A stretch of DNA of 64,000 nucleotides from Chiloscyllium plagiosum (lineage: Eukaryota), in NCBI RefSeq assembly GCF_004010195.1, contig NC_057719.1:13562151-13626150 (forward strand), read 5' to 3'. The notes under the pieces were generated by a model. That model was given only the letters and a program-made list of their open reading frames with translations, did no database searches and was not told where the DNA came from. Both the position numbers and the translations under genes were made by a program. Of the stretch, positions 1 to 12,595 are shown piece by piece (position 1 is the first letter of the stretch; every line of letters starts with the position of its first letter).

Positions 1-285
1 TCAGTCAAATCCCGCGCACTCAGCACCACCTTCCTAACCTGCAATCTTCTTCCTCACCTCTCCACCCCCAACCAACTCCGGCCTATCACCCTCACCTTGA
101 CCTCCTTCCACCTATCGCATTTCCAACGCCCCTCCCCCAAGTCCCTCCTCCCTACCTTTTATCCTAACCTGCTGGACACACTTTCCTCATTCCTGAAGAA
201 GGGCTTATGCCCGAAACATCGATTCTCCTGTTCCTTGGATGCTGCCTGACCTGCTGCGCTTTTCCAGCAACACATTTTCAGCTCC
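1..285 (+). mobile_element. Penelope-like element 3' terminal repeat (family A)
   Basis: Near-identical to the 3' end of the Penelope-like copy at 23325-23560; contains a hammerhead-like motif at ~188-225. Confidence 0.8.
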
Positions 286-3200
286 AGTCCGCACTGGTCC
301 TTGACCCCAGTCCCCAATGGGCCTTGATTCCAGTTTGCACTGGGCTTTGATTCCGGTCTGCATGGGACCTTGACTCAAGTCTACACTGGGTCTTGACCCG
401 AGTCCCTAATGGGCCTTGACTCCAATCCCCACTGGGCTTTGATTCCAGTTTGCACTGGGCTTTGACTCCGGTCTGCATGGGACCTTGACTGAAGTCTGCA
501 CTGGGCCTTGACCCCAGTGCCCAATGGGCCTTGACTCCAGTCCCCACTGGGCCTTGACTCCATTCCACACTGAGCCTTGACTCCAGTCAGGGTCTTGACT
601 CCAGTCTGCACTGGGCCTTGACTCCAGTCCGCACTGGGCCTTGATTCCAGTCTGCACAGGGTCTTGACTGCAGTCCACACTGGGCATTGACTCCAGTCCA
701 CACGGAGCCTTGACTCCAGTCCACACGGGGCCTTGACACGGGGCAGCACGGTGGCACAATGGTTAGCACTGCTACCTCACAGCGCCAGAGACCCGGGTTC
801 AATTTCCGCCTCAGGCGACTCTCTGTGTGGAGTTTGCACATTCTCCCCGTGTCTGCGTGGGTTTCCTCCGGGTGCTCCGGTTTCCTCCCACAGTCCAAAA
901 ATGTGCAGGTTAGGTGAATTGGCCATGCTAAATTGCCCGTAGTGTTAGATGAAGGGGTAAATATAGGGGAATGGGTCTGGGTGGGTTACGCTTCGGTCGG
1001 TCGGTGTGGACTTGTTGAGCCGAAGGGCCTGTTTCCACGCTGTAAGTAATCTAATCTAGTCCACACTGGGCCTTGACATCAGTCTGCACAGGGCCTTGAC
1101 TCCAGTCCGGACTGGGCCTTGATTCCAGTCTGCACAGGGCCTTGAATGCAGTCCGCACTGGGCCTTGACTCCAGTCCGCACTGGGCCTTGACTCCAGTCT
1201 GCACAGGGCCTTGACTCCAGTCCGCACTGGGCCTTGACTCCAGTCCGCACTGGGCCTGGACACCAGTCCGCACTGGGCCTTGACTCCAGTCCGCACTGGG
1301 CCTTGACTCCAGTCTGCACAGGGCCTTGACTCTAGTCCACACTGGGCCTGGATTCCAGTCCACATGGGGCCTTGACTCTAGTCCACAGTCTGTATTGGGC
1401 CTTGACTCCAGTCCGCACGGGGCCTGGTCTCCAATCTGCGCGGGGCCTTAACTCCAGTCCACATGGGGCCTTGACTGCAGTCCGCATGGGGCCTTGACTC
1501 CAGTCCACACTGGGCCTGGATTCCAGTCCGCATGGGGCCTAGACTCTAGTCCACAGTCTGCATTGGGCCTTGACTCCAGTCCGCACTGGGCCTTGACACC
1601 AGTCCGCACTGGGCCTTGACAACAGTCTGCACGGGGCCTTGACTCCAGTCCGCACTGGGCCTTGACTCCAGTCTGCACAGGGCCTTGACTGCAGTCCGCA
1701 CTTGGCCTTGATTCCAGTCTACACAGGGCCTTGACTCCAGTCCGCACTGGGCCTTGATTCCAGTCTGCACAGGGCCTTGACTCCAGTCCGCACGGGGCCT
1801 GGTCTCCAATCTGCGCGGGGCCTTGACTCCAGTCCACATGGGGCCTTGACTGCAGTCCGCATGGGGCCTTGACTCCAGTCCACACTGGGCCTGGATTCCA
1901 GTCCGCACTGGGCCTAGACTCTAGTCCACAGTCTGCACTGGGCCTTGACTCCAGTCCGCACTGGGCCTTGACACCAGTCCACACGGGGCCTTGACTCCAG
2001 TCCGCACTGGGCCTTGATTCCAGTCTGCACAGGGCCTTGACTCTAGTCCACACTGGGCCTTGATTCCAGTCCGCATGGGGCCTTGACTCTAGTCCACAGT
2101 CTGCATTGGGCCTTGACTCCAGTCCACACGTGGCCTTAACTCCGGTCTGCACAGGGCCTTGACTGCAGTCCACACTGGGCCTTGACTCCAGTCCGCACTG
2201 GGCCTTGACACCAGTCCACACGGGGCCTTGACTCCAGTCCGCATGGGGCCTTGACTCCAGTCCACACTGGGCCTTGATTCCAGTCCGCATGGGGCCTTGA
2301 CTCTAGTCCACAGTCTGCATTGGGCCTAGACTCCAGTCCGCAGGGGGCCTGGTCTCCAATCTGCACGGGGCCTTGACTCCAGTCCACACGGGGCCTTGAC
2401 TGCAGTCCGCATGGGGCCTTGACTCCAGTCCACACTTGGCCTGGATTCCAGTCCGCATGGGGCCTTGACTCTAGTCCACAGTCTGCATTGTGCCTTGACT
2501 CCAGTCTGCACAGGGCCTTGACTCCAGTCCACACTGGGCCTTGACATCAGTCTGCACAGGGCCTTGACTCCAGTCCGCACTGGGCCTTGATTTCAATCTG
2601 CACAGGGCCTTGACTGCAGTCCGCACTGGGCCTTGACACCAGTCCGCACTGGGCCTTGACTCCAGTCTGCACAGGGCCTTGACTCTAGTCCACACTGGGC
2701 CTTGATTCCAGTCCGCATGGGGCCTTGACTCTAGTCCACAGTCTGCATTGGGCCTTGACTCCAGTCCACACGGGGCCTTGACTGCACAGGGCCTTGACTC
2801 CAGTCCGCACTGGGCCTTGACTCCAGTCCGCACTGGGCCTTGACTCCAGTCCGCACTGGGCCTTGACTCCAGTCCGCACTGGGCCTTGACATCAGTCTGC
2901 ACAGGGCCTTGACTCCAGTCCGCACTGGGCCTTGATTCCAGTCTGCACAGGGCCTTGACTGCAGTCCGCACTGGGCCTTCACACCAGTCCGCACGGGGCC
3001 TTGACTCCAGTCTGCACAGGGCCTTGACTCTAGTCCACACTGGGCCTTGATTCCAGTCTGCATGGGGCCTTGACTCTAGTCCACAGTCTGCATTGGGCCT
3101 TGACTCCAGTCCACACGGGGCCTTGACTCCAGTCGGCACAGAGCCTTGACTGCAGTCCACACTGGGCCTTGACTCCAGTCCGCACTGGGCCTTGACATCA

Positions 3201-4135
3201 GTCTGCACAGGGCCTTGACTGCAGTCCGCACTGGGCCTTGACTCCAGTCCACAATGGGCATTGATTCCAGTCTGCACTGGGCCTTGACCCCAGTCCGCAC
3301 TGTGCCTTGATTCCAGTCCGCATGGGGCCTTGACTCCAGTCCACACGGGGCCTTGACTCCAGTCCACACGGAGCCTTGACATTAGTCTGCACAGGGCCTT
3401 GATTCCAGTCCACACGGGGCCTTGACTCCGGTCTGCACAGGGCCTTAACTGCAGTCCACACTGGGCCTTGACTCTGGTCTGAACAGGGCGTTGACTCCAG
3501 TCTGCACAGGATCTTGACTCCAGTCTGCACTGGACCTTGACTCCAGTCCACACCTGGCCTTGACTCTGGTCTGAACGGGGCGTTGACTCCAGTCTGCACG
3601 GGACCTTGACTCCAGTCTGCACTGGGCATTGACTCCAGTCTGCACCTGGCTTTGACTCCACTATGAACTGGGCCTTGACTCCAGTCTGCACCGGGCCCTG
3701 ACTCCAGTCTGCACTGGGCCTTGACTCCACTATGCACTGGGTCCTGATTCCAATTTGCACTGGGTCTTGACCCAAGTCTGCTCTGGGCCTTGACTCCAGT
3801 ATGCACTGGTCTTGACTCCAATTTGCAGTGGGCCTTGACTCCAGTCCACACAGGGCCTGGACTCAAATCTGCACTGAGCCTTGACTCCTCCATACACTGG
3901 GTCCTGATTCCAGCATGCACTGGGTCTTGACTCCAGTACGCACTGGTCTTGACTCCAGTATACACTGGTCTTGACTCCAGTTTGCAGTGGGCCTTGACTC
4001 TGGTCCACACTTGGTCTTGATTCCAATCCGCATCAGACCTTGACTCCAGTCCGCACTGGGCCTTGACTCCAGTCGGCATCAGACCTTGACTCTAGTTTGC
4101 ATTGGGCCTTGACTCCAGACCACACCAGACTTCAC
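283..4135. repeat. Satellite 1, 23-bp unit (GGGCCTTGACTCCAGTCCGCACT), interrupted by a SINE
   Basis: Direct tandem repetition; 23-aa periodicity in minus-strand ORFs. Confidence 0.97.
741..1058 (+). mobile_element. HE1-type tRNA-derived V-SINE, full length
   Basis: A box (tggcacaatggtt), B box (ggttcaatttcc), V-domain core, 3' tail like the CR1/HER1 LINE, (aatct)n end. Confidence 0.9.
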
Positions 4136-4244
4136 CTCGAGGTTCTCAAGGCCAGGAGGCCACTTTGGAATCACTTCAACACTGGAACTCCAGGGCTGAG
4201 GCCATGTTAGGCTGAGAAGCCACCACACTCTGAGCTGGGAGATT

Positions 4245-4680
4245 GCACTGAATATAAAAGTTGGGAGGTCATGTTGCGACTGTACAGGAAGTTCCTTAGG
4301 CCATGTTTGGAATCCTGCATGTAATTCTGGTCTCCTTGCTATAAGAAGGATGTTGTGAAACTTGAAAGGGTTCAGAAAAGATTTACAAAGATCCTCCAGG
4401 ATTGTAGGATTTGAGTATAGGGAGAGGCTTAATAGGCTGGGGCTGTTTTCCCTGGAGTGTCGGAGGCTGAGGGGTGACCTTATAGAGGTTTATAAAATCA
4501 TGAGGGGCATGGATAGGGTAAATAGATAAGATCTTTTTCCTCAGAAGGAGAGTCCAAAACTATAGGGCATAGGTTTAGGGTCAAGTGCTAGCAAATGGGG
4601 CTAGATTTATTTCAGATATCTGGTTAGCTGCACGAGTTAGATCGAGGGGTCTGTTTCTGTGCTGTATGGCTCTGTGACTC
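4245..4680 (+). mobile_element. HER1/CR1 LINE 3' fragment
   Basis: Matches the other copies encoding QFWSP..RKDVVKLERVQKRFT, plus the 3' UTR. Confidence 0.85.
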
Positions 4681-4794
4681 CATGACACTATCCCAGGTTA
4701 ATGATGCATCAGTGCATTCAGGTGGTGATGAGTATGAATGTACCTCATACAAATTAGAAACAGGAGCAGGTCATTCAGCCCCTTGATCCTGCTC

Positions 4795-5025
4795 CAGCAT
4801 GGTGGCCCAGTGGTTAGCACTGCTGCCTCACAGCGCCAGAGACCCGGGTTCAATTCNNNNNNNNNNNNNNNNNNNNNNNNNNNNNNNNNNNNNNNNNNNN
4901 NNNNNNNACTGTTAGGTAAGGGGTAAATGTAGGGGTAGGGGTATGGGTGGGTTGCGCTTCGGCGGGTCGGTGTGGACTTGTTGGGCCGAAGGGCCTGTTT
5001 CCACACTGTAATCTAATCTAATCTA
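4795..5025 (+). mobile_element. HE1-type SINE (contains N gap)
   Basis: tRNA head and (aatct)n tail as at 741-1058. Confidence 0.85.
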
Positions 5026-5130
5026 AAAAAAATTAGATCATGGCTGATTTGTTTTTGCTTCAAATCCTGTGTCAGAAAACCTCTGATATTCCAGCCCGAC
5101 AAGATTCCAGTATCCAAGTATTTCAGTTCC

Positions 5131-5275
5131 CTAGTTCCCACCAACTACGCTGACTCGAGTGAAAAATAACAGCCAAGTGGAAATAAAGCTCCTGAGCCTA
5201 TCCACGGCGTCCCAAAGGAGGATAATCAGGCATCTGGATTATTCACTCAAGCACTTTAGCATGCCACATTGCAGG
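5131..5275 (-). pseudogene. Probable last coding segment (tail H5): MLKCLSE*SRCLIILLWDAVDRLRSFISTWLLFFTRVSVVGGN*
   Basis: Unique sequence next to the satellite. Resembles vinculin [23 protein letters not shown]. No clear acceptor. Confidence 0.45.
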
Positions 5276-5289
5276 TCCAGTACAGAACA

Positions 5290-8200
5290 TCCCAGTGTGG
5301 GTCCACTGCAACAGGCCCAGAGTGGGTCCTTTGCATCATTGTTCAGTGTGGGTCTGCTGCAGCATGCCCCAGTGCAGATACACTGCAACACGCCCCAGTG
5401 CAGATACACTGAAATACGCCCCAGTGCAGGTACACTGCAACATGCTCCAGTGCAGGCACACTGCAACACGCCCCAGTGCAGAAACACTGCAACATGCTCC
5501 AGTGCAGGTACACTGCAACACGCCCCAGTGCAGAAACACTGCAACATGCTCCAGTGCAGGTACACTGCAACACGCCCCAGTGCAGAAACAATGCAACATG
5601 CTCCAATGCAGGTACACTGCAACACGCCCCAGGGCAGATACACTGCAACACACCCCATTGCAGATACACTGCAACACGCCCCAGTGCAGAAACACTGCAA
5701 CATGCTCCAGTGTAGGTACACTGCAACACGCCCCAGGGCAGACACACTGCAACACACCCCAGTGCAGATACACTGCAACACGCCCCAGTGCAGAAACACT
5801 GCAACATGCTCCAGTGCAGGTACACTGCAACATGCCCCAGTGCAGAAACACTGCAACATGCTCCAGTGCAGGTACACTGCAACACGCCCCAGGGCAGATA
5901 CACTGCAACACACCCCAGTGCAGATACACTGCAACACGCCCCAGTGCAGAAACACTGCTACATGCTCTAGTGCAGGTACACTGCAACACGCCCCAGTGCA
6001 GATACACTGCAACACGCCCCAGTGCAGGTACACTGCAACACACCCAGTGCAGATACACTGCAACACGCCTCAGTGCAGATACACTGCAACACACCCCAGT
6101 GCAGGTACACTGCAACATGCCCCAGTGCAGCTACACTGCAACACGCCCCAGTGCAGGTACACTGCAACATGCCCCAGTACAGATACACTGCAACACACCC
6201 CAGTGCAGGTAAACTGCACCACGGCCCAGTGCTGGTACACTGCAACACGCCCCAGTGCAGATACACTGCAACACACTCCAATGCAGATACACTGCAACAC
6301 GCCCCAGTGCAGGTACACTGCAACATGCCACAGTGCAGATACACTGCAGCACACCTCAGTGCAGATGTACTGCAACACTCCCCAGTGCAGATACACTGCA
6401 ACACGCCTCAGTGCAGGAACACTGCAGCATAGCCCAGTGCAGATACACTGCAGCACACCCCGGTGCAGGTACACTGCAGTATAGCCCAGTGCAGATACAC
6501 TGCAGCACACCCCAGTGCAGGTACATTGCAGTATAGCCCAGTACAGATTCACTGCAACACACCCCGGTGCAGGTACACTGCAGCACACCCCAGTGCAGAT
6601 ACACTGTAGCACACTCGGGTGCAGGTACACTGCAGAATAGCCCAGTGCAGGTGCACTGCAGCAAGTCCTTGTGCAGGTACACTGCAGCAAGGTCCAGTGC
6701 ACATACACTGCAGCATGGCCCAGTGCAGGGACACTGCACCACACCTCAGTGCAGGTACACTGCACCATGTTCCAGAGCAGGTACACTGCATCGTGCTCTA
6801 GTGCAGGTGCACTGCAACACGCCCCAGTGCAGGTACACTGCAGCACAGCCCAGTGCAGTACACTACATCACGCCCCAGTGTCGGTACACTGCAGCGTGCT
6901 CCAGTGCAGATACACTGCAGCATACCCCAGTGGAGTACACTACAGCAGATACCCCATATTCCAATGCTGGTAGACAGCAGCACACCCCCAGTGCAGTACA
7001 CTACAGCATGCCCCAGTGCTGGTACACCGCAGCATGCCCCAGTGCAAATACACTGCAGCACACTGCAGAATGGCCCACTGCAGATACACTGCAGCAAGGC
7101 CCAAAGCAGGTACACTGCAGGAGGGCCCCATACCAGGTACACTCCAGCATGCCCCAGTACAGATACACTGCAGCATGCCCCAGTGCCGGTACACTGCAGA
7201 AAGGCCCCAGTGCAGGTACACTGCAGCACGCCCCAGTGCAGGTACACTGCAGCACACACCAGGCAGGTACACTGCAGCATGCCCCAGTGCAGTACACTGC
7301 AGCATACACCAGTGCCGGTACACTGCAGCATGCCCCAGTGCAGTTACATTCCAGCATGTCCCATTGAACGTATACTCGTCACACCACAATGCAGGTGCAC
7401 TGCAGCACACGCGTGTGCAGGTGCACTGCAGCATGTGCCAGTGCATGTACACTGCAGCACACCCCAGTGCAAGTGCACTGCAGCATGCACCAATGCAATA
7501 CTGCAGCACGTCCCAATGCAGGTTCACTGCAGCATAGCCTTGTGCAGATACACTGCAGAATAGAGCAGTGCAGATAATCTGCAGCCTGCCCCAGTGGTGG
7601 GACACTGCAGCACACCCCAGTGCAGATATACTGCATCATGCACCAGTGCAGGTACACTGCAGCATTCCCCAGTACAGATACACTGCAGCAAGGCCCAGTG
7701 CAAGTACACTGCAACACACCCCAATGCAGGCACACTGCACCATGCCTTGGTGCAGGTACATTACAGCATACTCCAGTGCAAGTACACTGCAGCACACCCC
7801 AGTGCAGATACACTACATCATCCACCAGTGCAGGTACACTGCAGCATTCCCCAGTACAGGTACACTGCAGCACACTCCAGTGCAGGTACACTGCAGCACA
7901 CCCCAGTGAAGGTACACTGCAGCATGCCCCAGTGCAGTTACATTCCAGCATGTCCCATTCCATGTATACTGCAGCACACCCCAATGCAGGTGCACTGCAG
8001 CATGTGCCAGTGCATGTACACTGCAGCACACCCCAGTGCAAGTACACTGCAGCATGCACCAGTGCAGTATACTGCAGCACAGCCCAATGCAGATACACTG
8101 CAGAATAGACCAGTGCAGATAACCTGCAGCCTGCCCCAGTGGAGGTACACTGTAGCATATCCCTGTGCAGGTACACTGCATCGTGCACCAGTGCAGGTAA

Positions 8201-10608
8201 ACTGCAGCAAGGCCCAGTGCATATACACTGCAGCATGCCCCAGTGCAGGTACACTGCAACACATCCCAGTGCAGGCACACTGCACCATGTCTCAGTGCAG
8301 GTACACTGCAGCATGGCCCAGTGCAGGTACATTGCAGCACACCCCAGTGCCGGTATACTGCAGCATACCCTAGTGCAAGTACAGTGCAGCACGGCACAGT
8401 GCAGGTACACTGCACCATGTTCCAGAGCAGGTACACTGCATCATGCTCTAGTGGAGGTACACTGCAGCATGCCCCAGTGCCAGTGCACTGCAGCACACCC
8501 CAGTGCACATACGCTGCAGCACGCCCCAGTGCAGGTACACTGCAGAACGGCCCAATGCAGGTACACTGTAACACACTCCAGTGCAGTACACTGAAGCAAG
8601 GCCCAATGCAGGTACACTGCAGCAAGAACTCAGTGCAGGTACACTGCCTCATGCCCCAGTGCAGATACACTCCAGCACACCCTAGTGCAAGTGCACTGCT
8701 GCAAGGCCCATTGCAGGTATGTTGTCTCATACCCCAGTGCAGTACATTACAGTTCACACCAGTGCAGGTAGACTGCAGTATGCCCCATGTAGGTACACTA
8801 CAGCACACCCCAGTGCAGGGACACTGCAGCATGCCCCAGTGCAAGTATGCTACAGCACACCCCAGTGCAGAGACACTGCAGCACACCTCAGTGCAGGGAC
8901 AGTGCTACACAGCCCAAGTGCAGGTACAGTGCAGTGTGCCCCAGTGCAGGAACACTGCAACAAGACGAGTGCAGGTACACCACAGCACACCTCAGTGCAG
9001 GTACAATGCAGCATGCCCCAGCGCAGGTACACTGCAACACACCCTGTGCTGGTACACAGCAGCAAGTCCCCAGTGCACGTACACTGTAACATGTCCTAGT
9101 GCAGGAACACTGCAGCACACCCTAGTGCAGGTACACTACAGCTCACCACAGTGCATGTATACTGCAGCATGCACCAGTGAGGGTACACTACAGCAAAGCC
9201 CCAGTGCAGGTACACACTGCAACAAGGTCAAGTACAGGTACACCACAGCACACCTCAGTGCAGGTACAATGCAGCATGCCCCATTGCAGGTACACTGCAA
9301 CACACCCTGTGAGGTACACTGCAGCATGCCCCAGTGCAGGTACACTGCAGCAGGCCCCAGTGCGGTTGACTATAGTACACCCCAGTGCAGGTACATTGCA
9401 GCATGCCCACAGTACTACAATACACCCCAGTGCAGGTACACTGCAGCAGGCCCCAGTGCAGGTACACTGCCGCACACCCCAGTGCGGTCGACTACGGTAC
9501 ACCCCAGTGCAGATACACTGCAGCACACCACCGTGCAGGTACACTACAGCTCACCCCAGTGCAGGTACACTGCAGCACACCCCAGTCCAATCGACTACGG
9601 TACACCCCAGTGCAGATACACTGCAGCATGCCCAGTGGACTACAATACACCCCAGTGCAGGCACACTGCAGCATGCCCAGAGTACTACAATACACCCCAG
9701 TGAGGGTACACTGCAACAGGCCCCAGTGCAGGTACACTGCAGCTCACCCCAGTGCAGGTACACTGCAGCAGGCCCCAGTGCAGGTACACTGCAGCACATC
9801 CCAGTGCAGTCGACTACAGTACACCCCAGTGCAGGTACACTGCAGCATGTCCAGAGTACTACAATACATCCCAGTGCAGGCACACTGCAGCATGCCCAGA
9901 GTACTACAGTACACCCCAGTGCAGGTACACTGCAGCATGCCCAGAGTACTACAATACACCACGGGCAACAAACTCCAGTGCAATTTCACTGCAGCAAAGT
10001 GCAATGCAATTTTACTCCGCAATGTCCAGTGCAGTTTTACTGCAGCACACTCCAGTGCAATTTTACTGCAGCAAACTCCAGCGCAGTTTTACTGCAGCAA
10101 GCTCCAGTGCAATTTTACTGCAGCACACTCCAGTGCAATTTCCCTACAGCAACTCAATGCAGTTTTACTGCAGCAAACTCCAGTGTAATTTCCCTGCAGC
10201 AACTCAATGCAGTTTTACTGCAGCACACTCCAGTGCAATTTCCCTGCAGCAATTTGGGCAGCACGGTGGCGCAGTGGTTAGCACTGCTGCCTCACAGGGC
10301 CAGAGACCCGGGTTCAATTCCCGACTCAGGTGACTAACTGTGTGGAGTTTGCACGTTCTCCCCGTGTCTGTGTGGGTTTCCTCCGGGTGCTCCGGTTTCC
10401 TCCCACAGTCCAAAGATGTGCAGGTCAGGTGAATTGGCCATGCTAAATTTCCCGTAGTGTTAGGTAAAGGGGTAAATGTAGGGGTATGGGTGGGTTACGC
10501 TTTGGCGGGTCGGTGTGGACTTGTTGGACCGAAGGGCCTGTTTCCACACTGTAAGTAATCTAATCTAATCAAACCCCAGTGCAATTATACTGCAGCAAAC
10601 CCCAGTGC
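5290..10608. repeat. Satellite 2, 26-bp unit (CAGTGCAGGTACACTGCAGCACACCC)
   Basis: Direct tandem repetition; 26-aa ORF periodicity; regional variants along the array. Confidence 0.97.
10256..10570 (+). mobile_element. HE1-type SINE, full length, inserted in satellite 2
   Basis: Highly similar to 741-1058. Confidence 0.9.
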
Positions 10609-10769
10609 TTTTCTTCCAGATCAGGATGATGTGCATGATCCAGAGCTGCAGGGGAGAAAGACCCTGACTAATGAGGGCATGATGGAGCAAGAGGCAGGTC
10701 TCTGTAGCTGTGGTTAAGCTGCGTGAGACGGCAGAAAGATCCATCAGTTTTGCCCGTCCAATATCAAAC
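10600..10769 (-). pseudogene. Exon (tail H3-H4): RFDIGRAKLMDLSAVSRSLTTATETCLLLHHALISQGLSPLQLWIMHIILIWKK
   Basis: gttctcag acceptor, phase 2, stop-free. Resembles vinculin [34 protein letters not shown]. Runs into the 26-bp satellite. Confidence 0.65.
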
Positions 10770-11272
10770 CTGAGAACGTGCTGCTGATAATATTGACCCA
10801 TTTACACCGGAGAACACAAAACCATTCATTCCTGAGACTGCACATGTGGCTGTATCCCTGTATGTGAGAACTAAATCACATACCCACGTGATATGTGAAA
10901 GCTAGGATAGGAGGAACTGCTCCTTCAAGCCTTCTTTGCAGCCTCTTGGCTGTGGCTGATGGAGCAGAATTGTTAACAATTCAAAGAATACATATTCACT
11001 TCAGTGAATGGTAATATATTCAATGAATCAAGAAATTCCTCCTTCATTTTGACTGAGTTTTTAAACTTCATTTTAAAATCAAGCCCGTATCCTAATTCCA
11101 GATTCATTTCAAAGCATTAATTATCTTCCATTTTGTCTACATAGTACATTATATGACATACTTTAATCAAGTTTACTTTCAAGCTTTTAAATTGAATAAT
11201 CTTATTTCCTTTAACCAGATTACTTGATTTAAATCTGAGTGTTATCTTTGTTGGTTGCTTTTCCTTTGATGT

Positions 11273-11422
11273 CTGTTTTAAAGTATGGCCCATAAAGATA
11301 GCCTCAGTGCCATCTCATTCATGTCTGAATATTGAGAGTCTGCACATAATTCCTTTTGACTCATCCCCTGGCTTCTCAATGATGCTTCACATTGTGTTTG
11401 TCTTATTAATTGCTCTCTCCTG
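11273..11422 (-). pseudogene. Exon (tail H1-H2): RREQLIRQTQCEASLRSQGMSQKELCADSQYSDMNEMALRLSLWAIL*NR
   Basis: Resembles vinculin tail [37 protein letters not shown]. cag acceptor; donor GT appears lost. Confidence 0.6.
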
Positions 11423-12004
11423 CTGTTAAGACACATTACTGCACCCCCACCCCCCCACACCCCCAGTGCTCCTCTCCTTGCATTTACTTGCAAAACTGAC
11501 CTGCCAGTTTTGATAAATTATCTTGACCAGCAACAGGCCAGGCTTCAGGAGCAATAGCCAAGGTAACTTATCAAGTGCCAGTGCTTGAGACCTCACATCA
11601 AAGAACTGCCTGGGAATATATTATTAAGTCGTTATAATTCTGAGTGTCAGCATGAATGCTTGCGACCTGTAGAGTGACTGTAACTCAGAATACATTTCAA
11701 GCAAACACTGCACTCTTAAGTTTCATGGATTTGGAACATTTTTAACTTTTAAACAAATTAACCCAATTATTTTCAACTCAACATTCTGCAGTGGTAGAAC
11801 ATTCAGCCCAGCGAGTCTGCTCTGCTAGTCAATGAGATCACGGCTGATCTGATAATCCTCAATTCCACTTTCCTGCCTTTTCCCCGTAATCCTTGATTCC
11901 CTTTTTGATTCAAAGTCTTATGATCTCAGTGTCAGATATACTTAATGGCCCTGCCTCGACAGCTCTTCATGAAATAACTCCGCAGAGGTCAATATCCTGT
12001 TTGT

Positions 12005-12252
12005 GGGCGGCACGGTGGCACAGTGGTTAGCACTGCTGCCTCACAGCGCCAGAGACCCGGGTTCAATTCCCGCCTCAGGCGACTGACTGTGTGGAGTTTG
12101 CACATTCTCCCCGTGTCTGCGTGGGTTTCCTCCGGGTGCTCTGGTTTCCTCCCACAGTCCAAAGATGTGCAGGTCAGGTGAATTGGCCATGCTAATTTGC
12201 CCGTAGTGTTAGGTAAGGGGTAAATGTAGGGGTATGGGTGGGTTGCGCTTCG
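12005..12252 (+). mobile_element. HE1-type SINE, 3' truncated
   Basis: Highly similar to the other HE1 copies. Confidence 0.9.
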
Positions 12253-12413
12253 CTATCTAGGAGGGATGTCTTTCTTTATTTTCAGATTATGGACTTTATA
12301 CAGAAAATTACTACATTAATAACGGTTAGTCCCTCTAAGTCGGAAGTGGAGAGGAGAGTACTTCAGTCCACTAGTACTCTCTCAGTTCGCACCCTCTATC
12401 ATTTATTAGGATA

Positions 12414-12595
12414 CAATCCAACAGGTTTAATTGGAAGCACACTAGCTTTCGGAGCGACGCTCCTTCATCAGGTGATAAAGGAGCGTCGCTCCGAAAGCTA
12501 GTGTGCTTCCAATTAAACCTGTTGGACTATAACCTGGTGTTGTGTGATTTTTAACTTTGTACACCCCAGTCCAACACCGGCAGCTCCAAACCATG
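12414..12595. mobile_element. Penelope-like terminal repeat fragment (family B) in inverted arrangement
   Basis: Inverted arms ~12416-12470 and ~12475-12528; same family at 23690-23775 and 41187-41308. Confidence 0.65.

Noticed and set aside
741..815. tRNA genes at SINE heads
   Set aside because: A/B boxes continue into SINE core and LINE-like tail; these are tRNA-derived SINEs.
278..4079. Long minus-strand ORFs (up to 434 aa) as a repeat protein gene
   Set aside because: All three frames give the same 23-aa cyclic peptide, a by-product of a stop-free 23-bp satellite.
5159..10337. Cys/His-rich ORFs (up to 486 aa) as zinc-finger or keratin-associated proteins
   Set aside because: Open on both strands and in all frames with 26-aa periodicity; satellite artefact.
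283..10608. CRISPR-like array
   Set aside because: Units are head-to-tail with no unique spacers, there are no cas genes, and the context is vertebrate.
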